A DNA stretch of 64,000 bases, from NCBI GenBank assembly GCA_022826645.1, contig JAJDUM010000055.1, positions 399 to 64,398 on the forward strand, written 5' to 3'. Source of the stretch: Candidatus Poribacteria bacterium (GTDB lineage Bacteria > Poribacteria > WGA-4E > PCPOR2b). The translations under genes were made by a program, and so were the position numbers. Of the stretch, positions 15,883 through 26,233 are shown one piece after another. The notes below the pieces were generated by a model. That model searched no databases. It worked only from the letters and a program-made list of their open reading frames with translations, and was not told the origin of the DNA. The number at the start of each line of letters is the position of its first letter. The stretch's first letter is position 1.

Positions 15883-17742
15883 ATGGCTGATAGCAACACC
15901 ACCGAAGAAATTCAAGAATTTGAGTATAAGGCAGAGATGAAGCAGCTCTTGCATCTCATTGTTCACTCGCTTTATACTCGCCCCGAAGTCGCCATCCGCG
16001 AACTAATTTCCAACGCTTCCGATGCCTTGCACAAAATCCGCTTCCGGCAATTGACGGATAAGGATATCCTAAATCCTGAAGCACCTTTGCGGATTGACAT
16101 TACCGTTGATTCCGATGCACAGACATTCTCGATCACCGATACGGGTGTCGGTATGACCAAGGAAGATTTGACCGAAAGGATCGGCACCGTTGCCAGTTCG
16201 GGAACGCTGGAGTTTTTGGAGCAGATGAAAGAGGGAGACAAACCTTTCGACGCTAACCTGATCGGTCAGTTCGGTATCGGTTTCTATTCGGTATTCATGA
16301 TTACGAATGAAGTCACCATTGAAACACGCCACGCAGATGCCGACTCAAAAGGATTCCGGTGGCAGTCGACGGGTGAAGGGAAGTTTAGCGTCAAGGAGAT
16401 TGAACGTCCACAGCGGGGCACCCAAATCACCTTTAAGCTCAAAGATGAGTCCAAGGAATTCAGCGAGTCCTATCGCGTTGAACAGGTCATCACGAAATAT
16501 TCCAATTTTGTCGATTTTCCCGTTTCGGTCAATGGGAAGCAGGTGAATACTGTCAGTGCGTTGTGGCATAAGAACAGGAATGAAGTGACGGAAGAGGAGC
16601 GGAATGAGTTCTATAAATTTATATCAAACGACCTCAATCTGCCGCTCGGTCACCTGCACCTCTCTCTCGAAGGCCGCGTGAATTTCAAAGCGTTGATGTT
16701 TATACCGGAAACACCGCCGCTCAGATTTCTCAGGGAAGAGGATCTGAACTCGTTACACCTGTATTCGAGCAAGGTTTTTATCCAAGATGATTGCAAAGAA
16801 CTCCTTCCCGAATACCTTCGATTTATGTCAGGGGTGGTGGATACCGAAGATCTGCCTTTGAATGTGTCACGTGAGGTAACACAATCGAGTCCCGTCATGG
16901 CACGCATCCGTGAAACCTTAACGGGCAGGGTGCTCTCTCTGTTGGAAGATTGGGTGGAAAAAGACTCAGAGAGATACGAAAAATTCTTCAGGAATTTCGG
17001 TTTGCTCTTTAAGGCAGGGCTCAGTTCAGATTTCGTTAACCGAGATCGAGTACTTGATCTCTTGCGGTTTGAGTCGACCAAAACCGAAAGCGGCAAGTTC
17101 ACTTCCTTGAAGGATTATGTCGCCGGGATGTCGGAAGATCAGCAGGAGATTTATTACCTAGCAGGTGATCACAGGGAGGCTGTCGAACGGAATCCAAACT
17201 TGGAATATTTCAGGAAACAAGGGATTGAGGTGCTGTTTTTTATCGATCCCGTTGATCTATTCAATATTCCCCACCTGCTTGAATATGACGAAAAACCGCT
17301 GAAAAGCATCGAAAAGGCGGATATAGATCTGAAGACCGAGGAAGACAGCCAAGAGGAGGCTTTAACTGAAGATGCGACGCTGATTTCTGTTTTCAAGGAG
17401 ACCCTCGGCGATAAGGTGGAAGATGTAGTTGCTTCCAAAAGGCTGGTTGATTCAGCGGTAACCTTGGTGGTTGGGGCGGATGGTATGGACGCGCATATGG
17501 AACGGATGATGAAAATGATGAATCAGGACTTTGCTGGATCCAAGCGCATCTTGGAGCTCAATTTTTCTCATCCGTTGATTAAGAATCTCGCGCAGCTTAA
17601 CCAGAATCAAGGCGATGAGCCCCTTATCAAGAACTGTATTTTACAGCTTTATGAAGGTGCGTCACTGGTTGATGGAAATCCCGTGGACCCGCCTACGTTT
17701 GTCGCTCGGATGACAGAGATTATGGAACGCGCAACGGGTTGA
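15883..17742 (+). CDS. htpG: Molecular chaperone HtpG (Hsp90)
   Basis: 619 aa; EFEYKAEMKQLLHLIVHSLYT...RELISNASDALHKIRF; GQFGIGFYS. Confidence 0.95.
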   Translation: MADSNTTEEIQEFEYKAEMKQLLHLIVHSLYTRPEVAIRELISNASDALHKIRFRQLTDKDILNPEAPLRIDITVDSDAQTFSITDTGVGMTKEDLTERIGTVASSGTLEFLEQMKEGDKPFDANLIGQFGIGFYSVFMITNEVTIETRHADADSKGFRWQSTGEGKFSVKEIERPQRGTQITFKLKDESKEFSESYRVEQVITKYSNFVDFPVSVNGKQVNTVSALWHKNRNEVTEEERNEFYKFISNDLNLPLGHLHLSLEGRVNFKALMFIPETPPLRFLREEDLNSLHLYSSKVFIQDDCKELLPEYLRFMSGVVDTEDLPLNVSREVTQSSPVMARIRETLTGRVLSLLEDWVEKDSERYEKFFRNFGLLFKAGLSSDFVNRDRVLDLLRFESTKTESGKFTSLKDYVAGMSEDQQEIYYLAGDHREAVERNPNLEYFRKQGIEVLFFIDPVDLFNIPHLLEYDEKPLKSIEKADIDLKTEEDSQEEALTEDATLISVFKETLGDKVEDVVASKRLVDSAVTLVVGADGMDAHMERMMKMMNQDFAGSKRILELNFSHPLIKNLAQLNQNQGDEPLIKNCILQLYEGASLVDGNPVDPPTFVARMTEIMERATG

Positions 17743-17822
17743 TCCGGGTTCTGATTTGTAAGAAGTGTCCCAATCCATTGGGGCAATATTTAATTTATTA
17801 GGAGGCTTTGAAAGAGAAATTA

Positions 17823-18908
17823 ATGGACACAAAAATAACCGTAATCCCCGGAGATGGAATTGGTCAAGAGGTCACAGCCGAGGCTATTCGGGTATTAGAT
17901 ACTATCCAAGACGAATATGGACATCGATTTGAGTATGAATATGGACTTCTCGGCGGCTGCGCGATTGATGAAACAGGTACAGCCCTGCCACAAGAGACGT
18001 TAGACTTATGCCGGAGATCCAACGCAATTTTGTTCGGCGCAGCGGGCGGACCGGAATGGGAAGATGTTCCGAGTGCGGAGCGCCCCGAACGCGCGGTCGG
18101 GACAATTCGCAAAGAACTCGACCTTTTTGTGAACCTACGTCCCATTCGTGGGAGGAAAGCATTGGCACCCGTCATGCCGGTGAAAGACGAGATCGTCGGC
18201 GAGGGGTTGGACTTTATCGTGATTCGTGAGTTGGCTGGCGGTTTATACTATGGAGAACCACGCGGCATTGAACCACACGCCGATGGAGAGCGGGGCTGCA
18301 ATACACTTGCTTACACAACACGAGAGATTGACCGTGTCGTGCGCGCTGGCTTTGAACTCGCACGAAAGCGATCCCAAAGACTCACCTCTGTGGCGAAGGA
18401 AAACATGCTGGAAAGTTCAAAACTCTGGCGCGAAGTTGCGACAAAGGTCAGCCAAGATTATCCGGACGTTGAGTTGAATCATATTTTAGTGGACGCGTGT
18501 GCGTATCATATCATCCGGAATCCGAGCCAATTTGATGTTATGGTAACGGGAAATATCTTTGGCGACATCCTCACTGACGAAGCAGCTGTGTTGGTCGGCT
18601 CACTCGGCATGTGCCCATCGGCGAGTTACGGTAACGCTAAGCAGGGCTTCTACGAACCCATTCACGGTACCGCACCGGATATCACCGGGCAGGGGATTGC
18701 CAATCCGATAGGAGAGATTTTGTCCGCAGCCCTTTTGCTTCGACACTCCTTCGATCTTGATACGGAGGCTGCGGCTATTGAAAACGCCGTTGACCGTGCA
18801 ATCGACAAAGGATTCCGCACCGTTGATATCCAGCAGCCGGGACTGAAAACAGTCGGTACCATTGAAATGACGGATGCGATTATTGCAGAACTTCGATCCG
18901 ACTCGTGA
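17823..18908 (+). CDS. leuB: 3-isopropylmalate dehydrogenase
   Basis: MDTKITVIPGDGIGQEV...; NLRP; GSLGMCPSAS; HGTAPDI. The ORF track start 17808 (TTG) is an alternative. Confidence 0.9.
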   Translation: MDTKITVIPGDGIGQEVTAEAIRVLDTIQDEYGHRFEYEYGLLGGCAIDETGTALPQETLDLCRRSNAILFGAAGGPEWEDVPSAERPERAVGTIRKELDLFVNLRPIRGRKALAPVMPVKDEIVGEGLDFIVIRELAGGLYYGEPRGIEPHADGERGCNTLAYTTREIDRVVRAGFELARKRSQRLTSVAKENMLESSKLWREVATKVSQDYPDVELNHILVDACAYHIIRNPSQFDVMVTGNIFGDILTDEAAVLVGSLGMCPSASYGNAKQGFYEPIHGTAPDITGQGIANPIGEILSAALLLRHSFDLDTEAAAIENAVDRAIDKGFRTVDIQQPGLKTVGTIEMTDAIIAELRSDS

Positions 18909-19024
18909 AGCGTAAAATGTGAAAGAAGTTCGACATTTTACCCGATTAGCTCGCAGGTTTTACCTATCGGCTGCGTAAATCCCTAAGTTACCAATAAACG
19001 TTGGTCGTGAGGAGATCTATAGAT

Positions 19025-19657
19025 ATGGATAAGCTTCGCAGAGAATATACCGACGCTGGCTTGGACGAACGAGACGTAGACGCGAATCCCTTTAAGCAAT
19101 TCGAGCAGTGGTTTCAAGAGGCTATTGATGCGAAAATTGATCTGCCGGACGCAATGACGTTGGCAACAGCAACGAGGGAGGGCATGCCTTCGGCAAGGAT
19201 TGTGCTCCTCCGGGGGCATGATGAGCGGGGTTTTGTTTTTTATACGGACTACAAGAGCCAAAAAGGGGAGGAACTTGCAGAGAATCCGAACGCAGCACTG
19301 GTTTTTTACTGGCGCGAACTGGATCGGCAGGTGCGCATCACCGGACAGGTAAGCAAGGTTTCCCGTGAAAACTCCAACAACTATTTTCAGACCCGCCCTG
19401 TCGATAGCCGTTTGGCTGCGTTGGCGTCAAAACAGAGCGAAGTTATCCCGAATCGAGCCGTACTGGAAGAACGGTTCAAACAGCTAGCAGCCCAGTACCA
19501 AGATGAAGAGATTCCGCTGCCCTCAGATTGGGGAGGGTACCGTTTATCCCCAAACATGATTGAGTTCTGGGGTGGTCGTCCAAGCCGTCTGCATGATCGG
19601 CTGCGTTACACCCGGCAATCCGATGATAATTGGCGAATTGAACGAATTTCGCCGTGA
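19025..19657 (+). CDS. pdxH: Pyridoxamine 5'-phosphate oxidase
   Basis: GAGGAG ribosome-binding site 10 nt upstream of ATG 19025; ...RIVLLRG...FVFYTDYKSQKG...; C-terminal RLHDRLRY motif. Confidence 0.9.
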   Translation: MDKLRREYTDAGLDERDVDANPFKQFEQWFQEAIDAKIDLPDAMTLATATREGMPSARIVLLRGHDERGFVFYTDYKSQKGEELAENPNAALVFYWRELDRQVRITGQVSKVSRENSNNYFQTRPVDSRLAALASKQSEVIPNRAVLEERFKQLAAQYQDEEIPLPSDWGGYRLSPNMIEFWGGRPSRLHDRLRYTRQSDDNWRIERISP

Positions 19658-19684
19658 CGCTTTCTCTCGAACAGGTTTCGTAGG

Positions 19685-20512
19685 TTAAATGACTACGTCG
19701 GATTTTTTAGCCTTTTCGGTTGTCTGGCCGGAGATGTCATCGCCAGCTTGTCGAAGTTGGTCGAAGTCGCGTTGGAAACCTTCGTGTAGTGCGCCCACGT
19801 CGGTTTTGTGGAGGACAAACCGTACCCCTTCTTGAATCCATTTTTTTGACAACTCGACGGATTGCAGATGGACAGCGACAGGAATATTTCGTGCAGCGGC
19901 TGTACGAATGACAAAACGGAGCATCTCCTCAAAATCCGGGTGATCGTACTGATCTGGGATACCCATTGTGATGCTCATGTCGTTGGGACCTACGAAAATT
20001 GCATCAATCCCGCCAACATCCAAGATTTTCTCCAAATTCTCAGCTGCAGGCACACTCTCAATCCCAATCATGACAACGGTATTGCGGTTTCTTTCCTGCA
20101 AATACTCTTTTGTTGTTTCGCTTGGGAACTCCCCTGTATCCATCACGTTGTCCACGAGTGCGCCCTTTAATGGACGCCATCTGGCTGCCGCGATCACCTC
20201 TTTGACTTCCGCGACGGTTTCACAGTATGGGACAAGAACGCCGTGTGCACCGGCATCAAGCGCCATGGTTACGTAATGAGACGAAGGAATTGGGACGCGG
20301 ATGATTGATGTCGTTCCCGTTGTGTTGATTGCTGCTATGAAATCGGCTACCTCTCCCCGGCTATATGCCGAATGCTCGTTATCGATAATGACATAATCGA
20401 ACTGGAGCTGACCAATAGCTCTTGCCCAGCGGGGATTCCGCGATAGACTTAGCATTGTGCCGTATACAATGCCACCATTTTCTAATTTTTCTCGTAGATC
20501 TATACCAGCCAT
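19685..20512 (-). CDS. HpcH/HpaI family aldolase
   Basis: 275 aa; FDYVIIDNEHS...; GIESVPAAENLEKILDVGGIDAIFVGPNDMS. Confidence 0.8.
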   Translation of the reverse strand: MAGIDLREKLENGGIVYGTMLSLSRNPRWARAIGQLQFDYVIIDNEHSAYSRGEVADFIAAINTTGTTSIIRVPIPSSHYVTMALDAGAHGVLVPYCETVAEVKEVIAAARWRPLKGALVDNVMDTGEFPSETTKEYLQERNRNTVVMIGIESVPAAENLEKILDVGGIDAIFVGPNDMSITMGIPDQYDHPDFEEMLRFVIRTAAARNIPVAVHLQSVELSKKWIQEGVRFVLHKTDVGALHEGFQRDFDQLRQAGDDISGQTTEKAKKSDVVI

Positions 20513-20611
20513 TTATGTCTCCGTATCGGTTTTGCTTGGTGGTAGGGTGTACTTATCAGAGCCAAGCGATATGGGTTCACGAATTGGTTTATGAGTTGAT
20601 AGACTGTGCCG

Positions 20612-21295
20612 TCATTCAGATCTGGGATTTATGTTGATCTGTTCCTGTATCTGCTGCCGAATGGTGAAGTCATCGGGGGCAACAATCCCACCCGAGATCA
20701 GCATTTTCATAGCTGTTTCAACTTTCAGGTTTGTCTCGTAGAGAATCTCTGGTTCACAGAAGAGCAAAACGCCTGTTGTCGGATTTGGACTGGTTGGTAC
20801 AAAAACAGAGACGAGTGGGACAGGATTGCCTTCCTCGCGGAACTCTCCAGTAACCAAGCCGATGACACGCATCGGCGATCCGGGAGTCCGAACCGCGACC
20901 ACTCGCGTAAATTTGCTAGCATCTGAGGGGAGCAAAGCCATTTGCACCACCTGTTTGACGGGGGCATAGACCTCGCGCACGAGCGGAATTTTTGTTAAGA
21001 TTTTCTCACCCGCTCCAAGTAGCTTTTGCCCCAAAAAATTAGAGACAACCAAACCGACTAGGTAGACAAGCAAAATTGTTACCAGTAGCCCCATGCCGAC
21101 GTGATATCTGCCACCCAAAACCTCTGCCACTATTGGCGCAAGCCAACCGTCGATCGTAGTGAAAAGGAAGCGCAGCACAAAGAAGGTGACACCCAACGGT
21201 ATCAGCGTCAAAATTCCTGTGATTAATGTACTCCTGAAATGCCTTCTGATTCTCATTTTTGTTTGTTTTGATAGAATAAGGCTAAACGACCTCAA
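20612..21295 (-). CDS. DUF502 family membrane protein
   Basis: 227 aa; N-terminal LITGILTLIPLGVTFFVLRFLF and IPLVREVY motifs are typical of DUF502. Confidence 0.7.
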   Translation of the reverse strand: MRSFSLILSKQTKMRIRRHFRSTLITGILTLIPLGVTFFVLRFLFTTIDGWLAPIVAEVLGGRYHVGMGLLVTILLVYLVGLVVSNFLGQKLLGAGEKILTKIPLVREVYAPVKQVVQMALLPSDASKFTRVVAVRTPGSPMRVIGLVTGEFREEGNPVPLVSVFVPTSPNPTTGVLLFCEPEILYETNLKVETAMKMLISGGIVAPDDFTIRQQIQEQININPRSE

Positions 21296-21608
21296 ATACC
21301 TGTCGTTGGTCGTTAATCACGCAAGCTGCACATATAAGATAGATTACAACTTGGATGAATGAAAGCCAGTGAGAAGATCGGTGCCCTCGGTAAACAATTT
21401 TATCTCCATTTACCCTGAATGGATTAGAGATGTCTATTCAAGCCGAGCGAGGTAGTACATACAACGCAAGGCGAAAAAAAAAGATGCAGCTTATTCCAAT
21501 TTGCAAGGGGTAATAACTTACACCTTAATATGCCAAATATGATAGCATATAGTAGGCGTGTCGTCAATCAGGTTGCTCCGCTCCACGGTCAAACTGAATT
21601 GTCTTCTC

Positions 21609-21788
21609 AGGACTTACGCGCTTCGATTGTAGTTGCCCGTTTTTTAATCCCGTGCCGTTCCGTGCCTCCCGACGAGTCGGGACCTGCCTGCTCTCGGCTT
21701 GTCGGAGTCCCGATTCATCGGGGATCCTATCGGGGCGGCGATGAATCCCCGAACTACAGGGCTTTAACCGTTTAGCTGCGTAAGTCCT
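21609..21788. mobile_element. 180-bp MITE-like element with 11-bp terminal inverted repeats AGGACTTACGC / GCGTAAGTCCT
   Basis: Terminal inverted repeats read directly; subterminal inverted TGTAGTT / AACTACA; internal hairpins CCCGACgagGTCGGG and CCCGATtcATCGGGG; lies in a divergent intergenic region. Confidence 0.6.
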
Positions 21789-21884
21789 ACTTTTGTGAGA
21801 TACATGGAAGTTGTTGTCATCGGGATCTGGTCGGGTTAAAATACGGCTGGTTCAACACAAAGATTGATTGAGGGAAGGTATATC

Positions 21885-23054
21885 GTGAAAATTACTAAAA
21901 TTGAGACACTTCGAGCCAGTCGATTCATGTACGTCAAAGTTGAGACGGATGCGGGTATTACGGGGGTTGGCGAACTCCATCCTGCAAGCGGCACCAGCGG
22001 TACGCCATTTCTGCCAATCGCAGGGGTCGAATATTGTGCTGAATATCTTGTCGGTAAAGACCCGCTGCATATCGAGCGGCACTGGCAGCATATGTTCCGT
22101 CGCTGTCTATTCCGTGGCGGGTCGGATGCTATGTCCGCCATCGGTGCAATTGACATCGCTTTGTGGGACATCAAAGGCAAAGTGTTTGGTGCACCCGTTT
22201 ATGAGTTGATCGGGGGACCAACACGGGAAAAGGTTCGTCTTTATACACATCTGGGTGGGACCACGCCCGAAGAGCTGGCAGAGCAGGCAGCTGCGCGTGT
22301 TGAAGAGGGGTTCACCGCCGTTAGGTTGTATCCGTTCGGTGATTTTGGTGTTTTCGATTTTGAAGAGGGATGCGGGCTGGAGAGCATGAGCTATACCGCG
22401 ATGATTCGCAATGCAGAGCAGCGGGTCGGAGCAGTTCGAGATGCCGTGGGTCCAGATGTGGATGTTATGATCGACGTCGTCAACCGGCTCACACCAGCAG
22501 AAGCCATCGCTGTGGGACGTGCACTTGAGCCGTATGATCTGTATTTTTTTGAGGATCCGATTGAACCTGAGAACATGGACGCGTGGGAATACGTTGCGGC
22601 GAGCGTCCCTATGCCGATTGCCATGGGCGAACGGCTCTACACCATTTATCAGTTCCGAGATCTGTTGAACCACAACGGTGCTGCATTCGTTCGCCCTGAC
22701 TTGTCGCTTGCCGGGGGCATCACAAATGTCAAGAAAATTGCAACGCTTGCAGAGGCGGGTTACATCGGTGTGGTGCCGCACAACCCGTTGAGCTGTGTTC
22801 TCACCGCTGCGTGTGTGCAGATTGATGGTGCCATTCACAACCTTGCTGTGCAAGAGTATCCGCTGGGTGAAGATAATGCCCCGAAGCGCGATCTTGTCAA
22901 AGAGCCGATCAAACGGGAGGGCGGCTATTTAACTCTTCCGGACACGCCGGGAATCGGGATTGAGCTCAACGAGGAGGCGTTCGAGCATTATCCTCCAGAG
23001 CCGTATGTGCGTCCACCACTCATTGCCCCGGATGGGGGATTAAAGGAGTATTAA
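21885..23054 (+). CDS. Enolase-superfamily (mandelate racemase/muconate lactonizing enzyme) sugar-acid dehydratase, D-galactonate dehydratase-like
   Basis: VKITKIETL... N-terminus; AIDIALWDIKGK; IDVVNRL; FFEDP; HNPLSCV. The ORF track start 21864 is an alternative. Confidence 0.85.
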   Translation: MKITKIETLRASRFMYVKVETDAGITGVGELHPASGTSGTPFLPIAGVEYCAEYLVGKDPLHIERHWQHMFRRCLFRGGSDAMSAIGAIDIALWDIKGKVFGAPVYELIGGPTREKVRLYTHLGGTTPEELAEQAAARVEEGFTAVRLYPFGDFGVFDFEEGCGLESMSYTAMIRNAEQRVGAVRDAVGPDVDVMIDVVNRLTPAEAIAVGRALEPYDLYFFEDPIEPENMDAWEYVAASVPMPIAMGERLYTIYQFRDLLNHNGAAFVRPDLSLAGGITNVKKIATLAEAGYIGVVPHNPLSCVLTAACVQIDGAIHNLAVQEYPLGEDNAPKRDLVKEPIKREGGYLTLPDTPGIGIELNEEAFEHYPPEPYVRPPLIAPDGGLKEY

Positions 23055-23233
23055 TTGCTTCAGACCTGTACGCTGCCCAAGCCGCGCCGGATAGTTTATT
23101 TTTTACCGAGGTAAGTGAATGTGATGTGTTTTGCCATCGTTATCTACAATAGACATCGAACGCGGCTTACCTTCTACGCGCTATTGAGTCCTCGTTTGGG
23201 ATTAGAATTACCTTTCTTTGGATTTTGGGATCA

Positions 23234-23950
23234 TTAGTCCTCATATTCGCCATTTTCATTTAAAATCTGTTTCGCTCGTTCCATCAAACTATCGGCAAGC
23301 GTTTGTGACAGATTGTTGTCAGAGCCAGTGCGTTGGCGAATTGCATTTTTAAGTTCTACCTCTAACTCAATCATTGCATCTTTGTCCTTAATGGCAGCCT
23401 TAGACAATTGAACCGTTAAATCTATCGGCACCCGAATCGATTTTAATTTATCGTTCTCCATGGCATAGAGCAGCGACACTTTGTCGTCTTTGATTCGCTT
23501 CTTGCCATATATGCCACGATAAAATGCGAGCTGATCGTAAGGATAGTTGGCGTAATAGCTATCTGTCGAGTTCACCATAAACAGTAACACCTCGTCGTTT
23601 ATCGCAAACTTCGGAACCTCGGTAACGAACAGTCTCTGTGTTTTACCCGTAGCAGGATTAACAGCTGCGCCTCCCTCAATCATAAACTTTACCTGGGTTT
23701 TATTGATGTTGGGAGTGCCTTTAATCGTTTCGGTAACAGCGATAGTCACATCGGTCGTGATCTTGACTCTAATGTTTTCACGGAACACACCCTCAAGCGC
23801 AATGACCCGACCCTTAACAATTAAATGGGATTTTTCAACTGATGTTGAGAGAGCAAAGCCTTGCCTGTACTCTGAATCCCAACCGAACGTATCTGACATA
23901 CACAAAACAAACAACACAACTGCAAGTGCTACTAACCGTTGAGGTTGCAT
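23234..23950 (-). CDS. Hypothetical secreted protein
   Basis: 238-aa ORF with an N-terminal hydrophobic signal-like segment (LVALAVVLFVLCMS); no recognisable family. Confidence 0.5.
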   Translation of the reverse strand: MQPQRLVALAVVLFVLCMSDTFGWDSEYRQGFALSTSVEKSHLIVKGRVIALEGVFRENIRVKITTDVTIAVTETIKGTPNINKTQVKFMIEGGAAVNPATGKTQRLFVTEVPKFAINDEVLLFMVNSTDSYYANYPYDQLAFYRGIYGKKRIKDDKVSLLYAMENDKLKSIRVPIDLTVQLSKAAIKDKDAMIELEVELKNAIRQRTGSDNNLSQTLADSLMERAKQILNENGEYED

Positions 23951-24225
23951 TCTTGTAAACTCCTGTAGTTGTGGGTGAAAGTCTCTAAAACTGTGCTAAT
24001 TGGGTGTAATCGTAAACTGAATCATATCCGATGAATGCCGGTCACTATCCGCAATCAACTGCGAATCAAAGACACGCTGTTCATACAAAGAGGAGTAACA
24101 TTTAAGAAAGGATATGGAGCACAGACAGACATATCTGATAACTTTTCAACCCCGCTTGCCTTTGTTGGGATAACAATAGTAAACCCGCTTTGAATGATTG
24201 TCTTAACCGGGTTTACGCACTGCCC

Positions 24226-25464
24226 TTAATTTTTTGGTATCGGGAACCACGCCCCGCCGGTTTTTCTCGCCAGTGCTTTCTGCTCACGTTCGGCTTTGAG
24301 CGGATCGTCAGTTTCGGCCCTATCAGTTACACCTCCGATTATGTCCAACGTTATTCCTGCGTCCCAACATCGTTGCAGTACCTCTTGGATTGTATAGGGA
24401 CCTGTGCACGGCGCATCGGTAATGAGGATAAATCGGCGGCGCGCCTCCGGCCGGAATTTTATCCTTGTAATCGATTTGACAATTGCATGATAAGCCTGTT
24501 CAGCGCCACCGCACTCGATGTTTTCCAACAGACGTTCATACCTCTCATAGTCCTTCGTTGGTTGATGGAAGTGCTGTACCAGATACTTAAACGGTACCAC
24601 TGCCATCGTAAAATCCAACTGTTCTGCTCGGAAGATTTCTACCATATCAATCAGATGCCTTCCCACCGCGCGGATGTTATCTTCCATGCTGCCACTGGTA
24701 TCCAATAAAAAGACAATATCCGCGGTTGGCGAACTCTTTCCGCTCGCGATACCGCTGGCGATCGTTTGAAGAACCGATCCAATCTGTGCATCGCGATCAA
24801 GCGATTGCTTCTCAACACTATCAGTTTGGGATTTCTGTGTTTTTGAGATATTACGCTCGACTTCAGTGGGCATTGGCTGGGGAAGTTCTGTTACAGCTTC
24901 CAGAGGTTTGCCGATTGATTCCTGCAAATCCCAATCATCTTTGGACGCTGCTCCAAACGGCGTATCTGATGTGGGGAATAGGTCGGCAGCCGTACTCAGC
25001 GGTTGAGCCGATGCCTGACTTGGTGGTGTCACCTGATCTATCTGCACCGCCAAAGCTTTTGGAGACACTAGCGGTGTGGTGGGGGAAACGCTTGCGTGGG
25101 GTTGAGTGGGGGTGTTTACATGAAAGATCGGTTTTTTGACATCTACGGGGTGGAGGCGTTGGGAATGAAGTTCGATCTCGATGAACTCCGCGATAATCGG
25201 TTCCAGTGGGGGCGGCGGTCGATACCATCTTGGCAAATTAATGCTAACTATGACAACTACCATCACGTGTATCAGCAAGGCGGTAAGAAACGATAAACGG
25301 GCGCGTCGACGCATTCGGACTCGATTGACTATCGGCGACCAGTGATGATATGTGGATGTGGGGTGGGAAGCGTGCGGTTTGCGTTGTAAAAAAACGAGCA
25401 GAGCGCCCCCTTTGTAAAACTTGGAATGTGATGTGCGATGCGTAAATATAGTCCGCCAATTCAT
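24226..25464 (-). CDS. von Willebrand factor A domain protein with an N-terminal TM segment and a Pro-rich linker (true start may be the internal Met at 25314)
   Basis: MIDAS motif VFLLDTSGSMEDN; TM segment LSFLTALLIHVMVVVIVSI. Confidence 0.75.
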   Translation of the reverse strand: MNWRTIFTHRTSHSKFYKGGALLVFLQRKPHASHPTSTYHHWSPIVNRVRMRRRARLSFLTALLIHVMVVVIVSINLPRWYRPPPPLEPIIAEFIEIELHSQRLHPVDVKKPIFHVNTPTQPHASVSPTTPLVSPKALAVQIDQVTPPSQASAQPLSTAADLFPTSDTPFGAASKDDWDLQESIGKPLEAVTELPQPMPTEVERNISKTQKSQTDSVEKQSLDRDAQIGSVLQTIASGIASGKSSPTADIVFLLDTSGSMEDNIRAVGRHLIDMVEIFRAEQLDFTMAVVPFKYLVQHFHQPTKDYERYERLLENIECGGAEQAYHAIVKSITRIKFRPEARRRFILITDAPCTGPYTIQEVLQRCWDAGITLDIIGGVTDRAETDDPLKAEREQKALARKTGGAWFPIPKN

Positions 25465-25664
25465 TGGATGTCCTCGTTCACCGATGAGTTCGCTGCGATT
25501 CTATCACCAAACGTTTTGGATGTCAAAGAAAACGCCCTTGAAATCAAGCCAGTCAAGGGATGAAGGAGTGGATATTTTGCTTGCAGGTTCAAAGATAGGT
25601 GTGTTACAATTATTTCAATTTTCATGTTTTCGGTAATTTAGGCTTCGTGATTGGAACGGGAACC

Positions 25665-26177
25665 ATGGACGCAAATGTGCTGGTATTAAATGCGAGCTAT
25701 GAAGCGATTAACGTTTGCAACCTGAGGCGTGCAATGAAGATGCTTGTCAAGGGTGTGGCGTGCATGGAGGAAGTTTCTGATCTGGAGATTCGTTCGCCGA
25801 CTGTTTCGATGAAGATACCGTTGGTAATCCGTTTGGTGAACTATGTTCATATCCCTCACTGTGTTGTGAAATTTTCGCGTAAGAATGTTTTGGTCCGCGA
25901 TCAATACACATGTCAATATTGCGATGAACATTTTCCGCCATCAACGCTAACGATTGATCACGTCAAACCTCGTTCGAGAGGAGGTACGACCGTTTGGGAA
26001 AATGTGGCGACAGCGTGTAAAAAGTGTAATGCTGAGAAAGGCGATCGTACCCCTCATGAAGCGCGTATGTTCCCCAAACGTTCCCCCAAAGCTCCCTCAA
26101 TTATCTCGTATCTACACCTGAGCCGCAATGGTCGATCCTATGACGAAGCCTGGAAAAAATACCTTTACATCAACTGA
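25665..26177 (+). CDS. HNH endonuclease (COG1403-like)
   Basis: MDANVLVLNASYEAINVCNLRRAMKMLVKG...; CQYCDEHF...LTIDHVKPRSRGGTTVWENVATACKKCNAEK. Confidence 0.8.
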   Translation: MDANVLVLNASYEAINVCNLRRAMKMLVKGVACMEEVSDLEIRSPTVSMKIPLVIRLVNYVHIPHCVVKFSRKNVLVRDQYTCQYCDEHFPPSTLTIDHVKPRSRGGTTVWENVATACKKCNAEKGDRTPHEARMFPKRSPKAPSIISYLHLSRNGRSYDEAWKKYLYIN

Positions 26178-26233
26178 AACTGTGTCTTGATAGAAGTTGA
26201 CAGGACACGCCGAAAACGGCAGGTATCATCTCG

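Noticed and set aside
22107-22853. Long antisense ORFs inside well-supported genes (for example 22107-22853, 33310-33945, 40895-41545, 45616-46257, 57927-58559)
   Set aside because: In each case the opposite-strand or alternative-frame gene has clear family motifs. The shadow ORFs are typical of moderately GC-rich coding DNA.
26178-26233. Sigma70 promoter (TTGACA ... TATCAT) upstream of ORF 26234
   Set aside because: The spacer between the hexamers is ~21 nt, too long for a canonical promoter.
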